A stretch of 64,000 bases of DNA from Zancudomyces culisetae HAW-14-8. Its lineage: Eukaryota > Fungi > Kickxellomycota. The stretch covers positions 3,224,001 through 3,288,000 of the forward strand of contig JBNJNM010000021.1 in NCBI GenBank assembly GCA_052426225.1. The letters run 5' to 3'. This document shows, piece after piece, positions 49,932 through 61,041 of this stretch (within the stretch, counting starts at the first letter, position 1; each line of letters begins with the position of its first letter). The translations under genes were made by a program, and so were the position numbers. The notes under the pieces are model-generated. The model made no database searches, was not told the origin of the DNA, and saw only the letters and a list, made by a program, of their open reading frames with translations.

Positions 49932-49990
49932 CATACCATATTCATATTCATACCCATATTCATATTCATATCCATATTCATATTCATGGT
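49932..49990. repeat. (CATATT)n-type hexamer microsatellite, imperfect
   Basis: catattcatattcatacccatattcatattcatatccatattcatattcat. Confidence 0.75.
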
Positions 49991-50628
49991 CATAGTCCAA
50001 GCTCTACCTTAACTATGTTGGTTAGTACCTATGGCCATTTTATTTGGAGTTACATCCATAATAAACAAATGTTGAATCTTTTAGCAAATTGGCGATGGAA
50101 TCCTTGAAATTATAAAGGTTTATAAGCTGGATTGGGGAGGGAAGGAAAAAGCGAAAATCGTTTATAAAATTAACCTACAAATGCAAAAGTTCACAAAATC
50201 ATAACATTTTGAATAAAACCAATTAGAATCGCTCAATATTGGAAAATATTACCCAAAACGCAAATGCTAATCAAATCATGTAATTAAAGAGTTGAAAATA
50301 AACATAAACAAAACATTATAAATCCGGCCTATGAGTTTTTAATACAGATACTAAAGATGGTGGTAAAATGGTTTTGGTTGATTTTCAAACTGAACACATA
50401 CATATAAAAAAAGAAAGAATATTAAATTTTGAGCGAAAAGCACCAATTTGGTATAGAAAAAGCCAATCGCATTTTGCAATTAGCAAAGTACAGGGATGTA
50501 TTAGCGAATGGATTTACCGGCGGTTTTAATACCTTTTGTTTTATTCCTGAAAACACTTGTTGATTCCAAAATTAACAACAAATATTCCCATAAATAAAAA
50601 TTGTACTAGTTGGCGGCAAAAACCATTT

Positions 50629-50637
50629 CTATATAAG
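50629..50637 (+). promoter_or_regulatory. TATA box upstream of paralog B
   Basis: CTATATAAG about 100 nt before the ATG at 50739. Confidence 0.5.
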
Positions 50638-50738
50638 CATCTGCGCAGACATCACCTTACTGTAGTGTTATCTTTTTTCCTCATATCCACTATACTCAGG
50701 TAGACTAGATAAATATACATTAATAAAAAATAAAGAAT

Positions 50739-51290
50739 ATGAAGGTCGCAGTTCTATTGTCACTAGCAGGAGCAGCAGTTGCTCAAACAACCTCAGGACC
50801 GCTTACAACTTCAGAAGCACCTCTTACATCCCAACAACAGTGTGTTGTGTCAAAGTGTGGTGGAAGTTATGCCGATGTCAACTGTGTTGCCTCCTGCTTT
50901 GGAGTACCAAGCCCTGATGACCCAATGGTCGACCAAACAAACAAATGCTACGCCAGCTGTGTGGATAAGAAGCTAGAGGGAACCGAAGCCGAAGTTTGCA
51001 TCACAAATTGTATAACCCAATACTACAACCCAGCTGGAGGTAAGGTAACTGCTGCAAACTCGTCAGCAGCCACATCCAGTGCTACAAGTGGTTCTGCATC
51101 ATCTGGATCATCTGGATCAGCCGCATCTGCCTCTGCCTCTGCATCTAAATCTGGTGCTTCCAGTGGTTCTAGCAGTGCAGCCAGCGCCGAATCTTCAACA
51201 TCAGCGTCACCTGCCTCCAAGCTTGTTACTAACTTCTCAGTTGCTTCAGTAATTGCTGCTCTGGGCTTGTCTGCCGCTGCATTGCTCTAG
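50739..51290 (+). CDS. Secreted 8-Cys, Ser/Ala-rich putative GPI cell-surface protein (paralog B)
   Basis: Signal peptide, Cx4Cx8Cx3Cx16Cx3Cx12Cx3C (DVNCVASCFGVPSP...TNKCYASC), S/A/G stalk, hydrophobic tail. Confidence 0.9.
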   Translation: MKVAVLLSLAGAAVAQTTSGPLTTSEAPLTSQQQCVVSKCGGSYADVNCVASCFGVPSPDDPMVDQTNKCYASCVDKKLEGTEAEVCITNCITQYYNPAGGKVTAANSSAATSSATSGSASSGSSGSAASASASASKSGASSGSSSAASAESSTSASPASKLVTNFSVASVIAALGLSAAALL

Positions 51291-52327
51291 ATATGTTCTG
51301 TAACGCAGTCATTTTCTTTACACTCTAATGATACTTCCTTCAGTGAATTGTATTTTAAGTTGTTTTTTTCTTCTTGTGGTTTATCTATCCATAAAGGTTT
51401 TTAACTAGACGACTAGGTTTCTTGTTATACAACTAATCAATTCACCTTAATAAAAACTTTATGCTGTGAATGTTTTCTTTTTTGACAACTCAACAAGTTG
51501 GTTGTGATTTTGAGTTTAAATGGCTTTTGCCCATCATGAAGTCACAGGTCTCTCTTTTCGTTTATATTTTTCTCAAGGCAAGCGCTTTGCAGGTATTATA
51601 TGGTTTATAGTAGTAGTTCAAGTCGTCCCCTGTAGTTCAAATGATATACCAAGCAGTATCCTTGGCCCACCATTGATATATTTAATGAACCACGTTTGGC
51701 GTACCATACTACACGTTGCCTTCTGGTTGAACGTTTTCAAACTGGCCATCCTAAGATAATAACAAGTTAGTATGTAACAATTAGTTGATAAGTGGATTTT
51801 TTTTTCCGTTCATACCCTGCGGCCCAAAAAAGAAAGATGGCACAGCCCTGTACGCATTTTCTGCAATTGAATTGCAGTAACGTTTATTATTGATATACCT
51901 TATTGTATATATATGTATATATATATATTTTTCATTCTGTTGATTTTTGCATTTGATTGATTGCAGTATAAAAGAATATGAAATGATTTTTTTTTTTGAT
52001 GTACATTCTGGTGCAGAATATTCCAAAGGGTTTGAATAGATTCAAAGCTATTGAAGCTGAGTTTAAATAAACGAAAAATTAAATGTTCAGGCAATAAGAG
52101 TGATGATATCAAATATTTATGGCTTTGGACTGTGATATAATACTATAGTGTATATGGAAAAATGAAAGAAGTGCTTCATACTATATGCAAACCTAGTGCC
52201 CTTAGGCTATATAAATGTGCTAGTTTCAGCAATAAGAATTTTACTATGACTATTCTTGAGTCCGTTTGTAATAACCCGTTTAAATACAAATATAAACTCA
52301 TATTCATTTTTCAAAAAAAAATACACT

Positions 52328-52756
52328 ATGAACGAGTTGTCAAGTGATTCTAACTGTAACACCTTACTAGAATACAATATACCTGGTAGCGATGACTATG
52401 CAAATGTTGGTAACATAACCGATAATAAAATGGAGATAGAAATCGGTGTTCTGTCCGAATCTGATGAGGAATCTGACGAGTACCTTGTCGAACCGAATCC
52501 AGATGATATTTTTGAGGAAGGCGTTACTCATGGCTTTTTGATCTTTCGGCTGATGTTTCACAGTTACTACACAGTTTATTTATTGGAGTTTAGCTCGATG
52601 GATATATCACCTGTTATTTCCGTTGTTTGGGATTCCCTTCATGCGAGTCATCGTGAAGTATTTAAAGATTTAGCTGATAGTATAAACTCGGCACTGCAGA
52701 AAGGCGAATACCTAGGAACCTTAAAAAATCTCTTGGACACCAGACAAAGACTATGA
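52328..52756 (+). CDS. Acidic protein with a degenerate MATA/ROX1-type HMG-box
   Basis: HGFLIFRLMFH...SMDISPVISVVWDSLHASHREVFKDLA keeps the HMG hydrophobic core (NAFILFR...IS.IIG..W..L...K..W..LA). First ATG at 52328; TATATAAA at ~52208. Confidence 0.6.
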   Translation: MNELSSDSNCNTLLEYNIPGSDDYANVGNITDNKMEIEIGVLSESDEESDEYLVEPNPDDIFEEGVTHGFLIFRLMFHSYYTVYLLEFSSMDISPVISVVWDSLHASHREVFKDLADSINSALQKGEYLGTLKNLLDTRQRL

Positions 52757-53172
52757 AACAGGTGTATTTCTTGTATTGTATCGAAATAAAGACATTGAAT
52801 TATTATTTTGCTATTTTTCACTCAAATTTGCTATAATAAAAGGTAAATAAACAATGTCTATAAACTAAATCAACGCAGCCCTCAACATGAACTTTTCTAC
52901 TAATGTTGAAATCGTACAATTTGTTCAGTTGTGCAACTTTGTTTATGATTAAAACTGAAAGGACATAGTATTCCCAAGTAAATTGCTCTTTTTGTATGCA
53001 ATAGATATGCAATAGCTCTTCTGGAAAGTAGAACTAAAGAAAATATTTCAAATATATCTTTTGTTGATGAGAAAGCGTTCAAAAAAACTTTATATCTTTG
53101 TTTATTACATTTAAAGTATTAAAAAACTAAGTTGTCACTGAGATCTATACTAAATAACGGAAAAATGCCAAG

Positions 53173-53892
53173 TTAAAACAAGGCAGTAGCAGCAAGACAG
53201 ACAAATGCTGCAACTGAGAGTCCCGAGACTGTAATCAGGGAACCTGCACCAGAAGACTTGGTGTCGGAAGTAGCAGATGTATTGGTACCTGTGGAGCTAG
53301 CACCAGAGCTAGCACCAGAGGAAGCGGTAGAGCCAGAAGTACCTGTAGCTGAAGTAGTAGCGGTACCCGAAGATGAACCAGAAGCAGAGGTAGCAGCGCT
53401 GCCAGAAGAGGTGCCAGAAGCGGAAGTGGAATCAGATCCTGAGGCAGATCCTGAAGAGGTGCCAGAAGCAGAAGTAGAATCAGATCCAGAAGCGGAACCA
53501 GAAGTAGAAGCAGAGGAGTCAGTGGCTGAGCTTCCTGAAGTTGCTGTTGTTGATCCACCCGACATTATAGAGCTGACTGCAGAGCTGAGTGCGCCAGAAG
53601 CTCCTTGTATGCATTTTGTTGCACAAGCTTCATCTATTCTTGGAACACCCCCGGTTTGAGATATGCAGGAATTTGCACATGAGGCAAGTTGAGTCCATGC
53701 ACCCAAGTTCGCTGATGCAATATTTTGTATATCGTCAAGATTGTTGGCAATGCACGTTGCAATACAGCTGAGGTCCTGAGTGTTAGAACATGATATGGCA
53801 ATACAATCTTCAATCTTTGCTGCGCTCACCTGAACCATTGCTCCCTGCAACAAAACAGAGGACAATAGACTTGTAACAGTTAGAAGCTTCAT
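53173..53892 (-). CDS. Secreted 8-Cys, Ser/Gly/Thr-rich putative GPI cell-surface protein (paralog C)
   Basis: Signal peptide, Cx4Cx7Cx3Cx24Cx3Cx13Cx3C, repeated SGSASGSDSTSASGTS stalk, SSGA plus hydrophobic tail. Confidence 0.9.
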   Translation of the reverse strand: MKLLTVTSLLSSVLLQGAMVQVSAAKIEDCIAISCSNTQDLSCIATCIANNLDDIQNIASANLGAWTQLASCANSCISQTGGVPRIDEACATKCIQGASGALSSAVSSIMSGGSTTATSGSSATDSSASTSGSASGSDSTSASGTSSGSASGSDSTSASGTSSGSAATSASGSSSGTATTSATGTSGSTASSGASSGASSTGTNTSATSDTKSSGAGSLITVSGLSVAAFVCLAATALF

Positions 53893-55551
53893 TTCGTTTT
53901 ACCTTTGTCTCCTTTCTATTAAATTATTAATTTATTCTAATACCTATTAGTTGAACAGGGTTGATTTTTTATGGAACTCCTTTCTGGGGGAGAACTATCC
54001 TCTTTAAATACTTAAATCTGTTAATGAGTCCATAATATTAACTTGTTTACATTTTGCTTCAATTTACTGTGATTATTTAATTGCGTATGTTTTTCAATAG
54101 GCGGTGAATCCATAAAAGTGTTACTAGCTTTTCTAAAACCTTTGTGGTGCAAAGCAAGCATATTACACATGCTAACCCGCAAACCAGTAAAAAACCAACG
54201 TTAAGCAGTTTTTTCTATTTTTATTAGCACAACGCTGCCGGTTCTTCAGTATAGTGCTGGCTACAGGATTTGGCGATATTTATTTACCGCAATAGAATTT
54301 AGATTTAGCCGAAAAACGGACATCAAAGTCGTAGATATTATAGAGGATCTGGTGTTTGTTAATGTATATTTAGAGAGCACTTGATTCTAGTTTTAATTGG
54401 CTGCTGTCTTATTTTTCAAACAGAACCAGTAATAAATCCAGTAATTTTGTTATCCAAATCAAATGGATTTTTTGTCCATTTTTTGGGGCTTTCAATAAGC
54501 AACAGCGATTTTTCACATTAAACAATTGCCGCAATAAGTTAGATAAATAGTCTGATTGGTTGGGGAAGTCCAGGATCAAATATCTTTGCCAAATATTTGC
54601 CCCAAACCACATATCCACTATGAATAAGCAGATAGTTATGAGAGCAAGGTGGATCATAATATAATCCAGCCAAGCACATGTAGCTTGGCGTCCAAATAGT
54701 AGCGGAATGAATATACTGTGATATGTTGCTCCTAATTATGGCACAAAAAACTCAAACGGCGATAACTTTGACACACCTCATCCAGTAGAGAAGGTACATC
54801 CTAGAATGGAAAGAATAGAGCTACTAGGAGGTGGTAACTAGAAAATATATAACGAATAGGGTTAGTGGGAGAGGAGGAGCTAAGACTAATGTTTCTATTT
54901 GCTTTTGCTTTTGCTTTATAAATACAAAACCAGCTGATCCAAGTTCTATAGTTGGGGCAGGATGTAAAACACCAATATATTTCATTTTTAGTAAAAAATA
55001 CAGATGCTTCTTGACTTGTGAAACAGAATTGACTCTGGTATTTAATTATATTTATTTTTGTTTATACCAGACACGAGTATTAAAATGTACTAAAAAAGGC
55101 AATCTACTACAAATCGATCGGAAAACCACCACAAAACCTACCTAAACCTCTTTGAGGGATCACTTTCATGGGATATTCTGCATTTTATAAGTAGAAAATG
55201 AAGGATAAAAATAAATAAATAAATACACAGATGAAATACATGGTAGTTTGGTGTTATAGGACCAAAAGCTGATTGAACGAAGCTTGACCATAATTTTAGC
55301 TGTATTATTTAAAATTATATCACGAATTTCCTGTTTATCATTTACCACTATATTTTAGTTTGTTGTAATAAAAAAGGTGTGGATGTCTAGATATTCAAAA
55401 ACAACCCAAATAACAAAAACAATTCAAATACTTTTTTAAGTAACTCTTGGCAACTCTATGGTTACACTCAAAACATCTATGGGCTTTTACCTATTAAGTT
55501 TTGTCAGAAAAATAAAAACAATAGCAAAAGAAATGAGTATACGTAGTTAAA

Positions 55552-55980
55552 TTAAATAAACCCTACTACGGCAAAACCCAGGGCTATTGATATGGAAAAT
55601 CCCGATAAATTTGTTAAAGCACTACAATCTGAAGATGTTGTTGATAGTGACTCCGTTGTATTAATATTCGGGGCTGCAGCTGTGCCGCTGCCTTGTTGTG
55701 AAATAGTTGACAGTTGAACACCGGCTAAACAACCCGTGGTACATGTATTATCAACTGAACCCGAGGAGCCAGTATTAATACATCGTTTAATACATACTAT
55801 AATGTTTGAAAGCTGACCCAGATCTAATTGTTCGAGATTCAGACACGGTAAAGCACAACTTGGGTTGTCAAGGTTGGGACACTTCTGAGAAATACAATTA
55901 GTCACGTCGTTTGCGGTTGATTGACCAGTAACATGTGAAGAAATTAAAGCAATAGATCCTGCTAAAGTGGTTATTTTCAT
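55552..55980 (-). CDS. Secreted 8-Cys putative GPI cell-surface protein (paralog D, short stalk)
   Basis: Signal peptide, Cx4Cx7Cx3Cx16Cx3Cx12Cx3C, short S/T linker, hydrophobic tail. Confidence 0.85.
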   Translation of the reverse strand: MKITTLAGSIALISSHVTGQSTANDVTNCISQKCPNLDNPSCALPCLNLEQLDLGQLSNIIVCIKRCINTGSSGSVDNTCTTGCLAGVQLSTISQQGSGTAAAPNINTTESLSTTSSDCSALTNLSGFSISIALGFAVVGFI

Positions 55981-57098
55981 CTTTTCGCAATTACAATATT
56001 ATATCTATCAAATATGCCTAAAAATGACGACTTATTTTTACAGATATACAATAGTTATTTTCGGTGTCTTTTATACAGTTTTACATGGCTTTCTTTTTGC
56101 CACTTTCGTCCAGAAAAGCTTTAATAATCACCAAATAAAAGCTTCAGGTAAAAAAGGATCCGTCTGGTTATACGATACCAAAAAAACATTTATTTTCTGC
56201 TTTTGTTTAATCTACATATTAATAGCAGAGGGTGAATTTGAATAAAAGAAATATGACCGAGCGTAAGGGAAAATGTGGTAATCAACCAACCTTGTTTTGT
56301 CAAAATGCACCACCATTTTTTAATAAGTACACACTGTTTGTATTTTATTGTCGGTTTGCACTTATTTTGCTTATTTGTTTTTGGGAAGGAGAGAAATGGA
56401 GGAGTGGACTCATTGGTGTTTGTGAAGTGCCAATGGCTTTAGTATTTTCGTTTAATAATCAACATAAAATCAAATCCCGAGTATGCGCTCTCTAGACTTG
56501 TTATTTCGGCAAATTTTGAATTGCTAAATGATCAATCTATTTGTATGAAATAGCCTTTAGAAAATTTAAACGATCCTTTATAAAGAAATAAATCAACCGC
56601 ATTTGTTACACTATTGAATTAGCCGATATTATGTCGATCCCATCAACTATTTAACTGCGATGTCGTTGGTTCATGGAATTTGCGCTTGCAAAAAATTACA
56701 GGTCGCATCCAACGCACTCAGCCTGTAATGGCCAATGTTTTGTCTACTGGTATTTTCACCTACTTGAGATGCAGGTATATTTCAAGACGATGTTCGCTGA
56801 GCAAAAAAAAGTTTATTTATTTATCCTTTATATTTCAAGCTAAAATAAAAATAAACTATACAGATGTGGTAGGGGTTTAATGTGTAGTAAAACACAGAAT
56901 GAACCTGTTTTTAACAGCCAAAGTATCGCTATTTTGCTACTTTTTCAATTTTTTTTGCGTGTCTTGAAGAAAATGCATAAAGTACATAGAGTTAATAGTA
57001 GCGCTAATAGTAAGGATGCTGGAAGAGAATGTAAAGTAGAAAATGCTTCCTTATTTGCTTTAAAATGCAAAGGGTATAGAAAAATGATAAAATAGGGC

Positions 57099-57794
57099 TC
57101 AGCAGCTAACAAATGACCATTTAATCTTTATCCTTCCAGCAGATAATGGAGCAAGCTTTTGAAATGCTGTTGGACTCAAATCTAACGACCCAGAGTTGCA
57201 TGCAGGGCATGAGTCTACTATCTTTACTGTGACGGTTTTACCGTCGGGTCCAGTAACCAATGCGCATTTACCGCATACTGGCGCGTTGTTTGGGTTTGCA
57301 TTTACCCCGTATTCTACATGGCTTATTGCGGCTACAAGTTCACTATTTGAGTTTGTTACACCACATGCTCCGAGTCCTACATCATAGTATGTTCCTTCAC
57401 CAGTATACTGTTTCGAATCCTTACTTCCATCTGTAGTGCTGGCTTGGCTACTATTTGACCCTGTTTTCTTGCTTGTAGTTTTTGCGCCTGGAGTGGTCTT
57501 ACTTGTGATAGTAGCAGCTCTACTTGCCTTAGATTTGGAGACTGTGTTTTTACTAGTACGTGTACAGCTGTTCTTAGTGTTACCTTTTTTACAATCCTCC
57601 CCAATGGCTGTTGATGTATACATTTGTTTCTGCTTGTGCATGCCTTTGTCTATATTTGTCTTAACGTGTGTAACATTATGTGCACCGACATTTTTTTTTC
57701 CTGGTTGGTGTTTTCTATAGCTTAGCACGTCTCTAGGAGAAGCAGATACCATACCAACAAGATACAGAAAGGTTACTGTTGATAAACACCGCAT
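57099..57794 (-). CDS. Secreted RlpA-like double-psi beta-barrel (expansin/loosenin-like) protein
   Basis: Signal peptide, K/T/S-rich linker, GEGTYYDVGLGACG...CGKC...IVDSCPAC...LDLSPTAF...GRIKIKWSF. Confidence 0.92.
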   Translation of the reverse strand: MRCLSTVTFLYLVGMVSASPRDVLSYRKHQPGKKNVGAHNVTHVKTNIDKGMHKQKQMYTSTAIGEDCKKGNTKNSCTRTSKNTVSKSKASRAATITSKTTPGAKTTSKKTGSNSSQASTTDGSKDSKQYTGEGTYYDVGLGACGVTNSNSELVAAISHVEYGVNANPNNAPVCGKCALVTGPDGKTVTVKIVDSCPACNSGSLDLSPTAFQKLAPLSAGRIKIKWSFVSC

Positions 57795-58691
57795 CTTGGT
57801 AAAATAAAGTTTGGGTTGAGATCCTTTCTTGGTATTTATTTTTATTTGTTTTGTTTATGCACTTTCTATTTTATAGTATGTATCTTGTGATAGAGTAAAA
57901 GATAAAAAAAAAGTTATTGATCTGTCTTTATCGAAATTTTACAATCAATTTATAGTAAAGTCACCAAGAGTTATAGTATAATAAAAGCACCACAGCGAAA
58001 CCCCGTCTTCCATAAGTTGATTGTAGCTCGGCTATAGGGAATACATCTCTGAAACAAAAGTTATATGCCCTAGGCATAAATAAAGTGGATACCCTATTTA
58101 TGCCTCACCTTAACAAAAAAATATAACCTCAATATACTTTGGATTGATTTTGAAGGGTTGAATTAGCTGAGATCGCATACTTCTATCCCCCTCAGCCCCA
58201 TATTAAATTTAGGCTATTCCAGCCATCTTTGATCTATTGCATAATAGGATTAAAATACCGATTTTCCTGCTATTCCAATTGGCTAAACCTAACGGAAGAA
58301 TAACTAGATTTTAATCCACATTTTGCACCGAAAATATATCAACCAAAACTGAAAGTGGGCTTATGCACTAAGAGAAAAAGTGGCGGTGTACAGCAAATAT
58401 GGTAAGTGGTGATTTTGTTATTACCTCTTTCTCAACTATTATTTTTTACTTTGTCATAGAGCGATGCGTACTGAACACTGCAGACTATACAAGAAATAAG
58501 CCTTGGCAAAACATAACCAAAATAACAATATCCTTCTTATTATGTTAAAACCGAGTGTACATTCCTTTTTTTATTCATTTACATTAAAAAATATTTACAG
58601 GCAATAATAGTGAAAAAAATAAGATACAACATTACGCGCTGAAAAAATTGAATATTCTTTTATGCAACTTTAAACATAATCCAGTTATGTT

Positions 58692-59330
58692 CTAGCAATT
58701 TGTAAAAGACCACGAAACTTTTATTCTTCCAAAGTGTAGTGGCGAGATAGCAGAAAATGTACTGGGACTTAAATCCAAAGAACCAAATTCGCAAGTGGGA
58801 CATATATCAACTATTTTGGCCTTGACAAGGTTTCCTCCAGGCCCAAAAATGTTGATACACTGTCCGCACATCGGAGCATAGTTTGGGTTTCCATGTTTGC
58901 CAAACTGATGGTGATTGAGTGCCACAACAAAATCTGTGTTCTGATGCACACCCCCACAAGCACCTAACCCAACATTGTAATAAGTACCATCTCCAATAAA
59001 GTAGATCGTTTTTGTGTTTGTTCCAGCTGTGTTATTAAATATATTCTGGTTTCCTATGTTAAGTGGGTTGTACCCTAAAATCCTGAAATTTATATTGTTT
59101 GCGTACTGATTATATGCTTTTGGAAATCTGTTTCTGTTTCTGTTTCTGTTTCTGTTTCTGTTTCTGTTTCTGTAAGCTTGGTATGCGTTGATATCGACAT
59201 TTTTACTACCATTTGTACCATCCAGTCTTGCGGGCATAGATGTTACTCTACCAACCAAAACTAAACTAAGCAAAAGAAATACAAAGTTTAACCCCAAACA
59301 AAAAGGACGCAATGTACCTTGAAGCATCAT
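58692..59330 (-). CDS. Secreted RlpA-like DPBB (expansin/loosenin-like) protein, tandem paralog
   Basis: GDGTYYNVGLGACG...CGQC...IVDICPTC..GSLDLSPSTF...GRIKVSWSF; hydrophobic N-terminus; (RN)7 repeat. Confidence 0.92.
   Translation of the reverse strand: MMLQGTLRPFCLGLNFVFLLLSLVLVGRVTSMPARLDGTNGSKNVDINAYQAYRNRNRNRNRNRNRNRFPKAYNQYANNINFRILGYNPLNIGNQNIFNNTAGTNTKTIYFIGDGTYYNVGLGACGGVHQNTDFVVALNHHQFGKHGNPNYAPMCGQCINIFGPGGNLVKAKIVDICPTCEFGSLDLSPSTFSAISPLHFGRIKVSWSFTNC
59127..59172. repeat. Coding (TTTCTG)7+ microsatellite encoding (Arg-Asn)n
   Basis: Perfect hexamer array inside the 58692-59330 CDS. Confidence 0.9.
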
Positions 59331-61041
59331 GTTCTATGAAGATCGTTAATGTTTTATGTACTTTTATATATACAGTATGTCGTAGTGAGTCTACACATAA
59401 GACCGGTGTATATATACGTGTGTGTGCGTGTTCTAAGGAAATGATATCCGGTACCTGACGCAAGATAAAGTTGAACTACCAAATGGCAGAATTAATGAGT
59501 AGATAAAATGACTCGATTGAGGAAGATTGAATATTTTTGATTACAGAGATTAGCTCATGTTTATGTATATATACATACCCAAAACCAAATGTTACCAATA
59601 CTATATTTTCTGAAAAAAGACAGATAGACAGATTATTGTTTGGGGTATGTTTTTTTTAATTCTTTGTGTAATATTAATTTAACCGAATTATTATACAAAA
59701 AAAAAACGCTCATTGAAATAATAATTGTGGAATGTTACTAAAAAGCCTACAAAACGATGATAGTATGTGATCTGGGAATAAATTTATTGTAACAAACAAA
59801 GGGTTTGGCTTCCATTCTTTGCATGTACAATGAATATATCTTTGAAGCAGCAATTATTCATTTATCGAAGGCATAACCATTAACTTTTTAATTTTGCAGC
59901 TAATATGTCAATTATTCAAACTTGGTGCCCAACGTTTTTAAGTTTTCTTTTAAAAAATAATAAAAACGACAGAGAAATGATTAATGGGCAACCATTTTAC
60001 CAAACTATACCAAATCCTTGAGTAGCTAAAACCCATTATTAAAAAAGTGTATGATGTAACTTCGGAATAAATAAATATGAAAATTTTAGCTTATAAAACA
60101 TAGCAGCCATATTTTTACCAACGTTATAAAGACATTCGCCTTTGAGTATACAATAATGTACTGTGAACTAAACAAGACAGGGTCGCATTGAAAGTTTCTT
60201 TCTACACCACGAAGTAAAAGAGTGAAAACTGTGATAAGAATGTGAATAAAACTATCATTAAATACATGTATCAAAAGTATTTGTGACTGGTTAAATATTA
60301 ACGTAGTAGTGACTAGGGAGGGGGGGGGTACAGGGGCAAATAGGGTTATATTGGTAGGAAGGAGCGGATACTCAAATCTGTCTTTAGGACAGCAAGGTAT
60401 TTGTTTGCCAAAATAATACGCAGTATTCACTAATAAAGAAAAGCACAAAAAGATCCAACATTCAAGTATTGATGTCCTTGGTTTGTTTACTTTTTTTCAC
60501 ACATTTGATATTTATAAATAAACACTCTGGTGGCGATTTCCGTCCTGCTGACTTTTCTATCCTTAGGATGAGGGGTATAGGAGCTGCGGATATGCGTTCT
60601 AATCTCTCAACCGAATCACCGCAGTTATTATACTCAGTAACCGAGATGGTGCTCTGTCACTACAACTTTTACAAACTCATTTCTGTAGGTTTAGTTTGAT
60701 TTAATTACATTCCCATTTATCGACAATTGGAAAAAATAAATCATTGTGATGATAGAGAAGGCATCCAAACAAAAGCGATGTATAAATCGTCAAAGCTGGA
60801 TCTAAATTGAACTATGCAAAAACATTATGTAATATTTAGTCACTAATATTTATTTATCATTTCATTTGCACTCAAAATTTTGATTACAGGCATCAAAAGC
60901 GATATAAAAGCTGAGTGGGTCGCGAAATAGAAATTGTTTTATTTGTAGGAAATATCAAAGCATTATCATCTTGAGGAGATAATCTAAAATATACACTCAT
61001 CAACTAACGAATAAATAAATCTAACGTTGAAGGACACAAAA

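Noticed and set aside
42589-52756. Mucorales-type sex locus (HMG gene near an RNA helicase)
   Set aside because: The helicase is DHH1, ~8 kb away with other genes between; there is no triose-phosphate transporter and the HMG box is degenerate.
46743-55980. CFEM or hydrophobin assignment for the 8-Cys proteins
   Set aside because: The cysteine spacing lacks CxC (CFEM) and CC doublets (hydrophobin).
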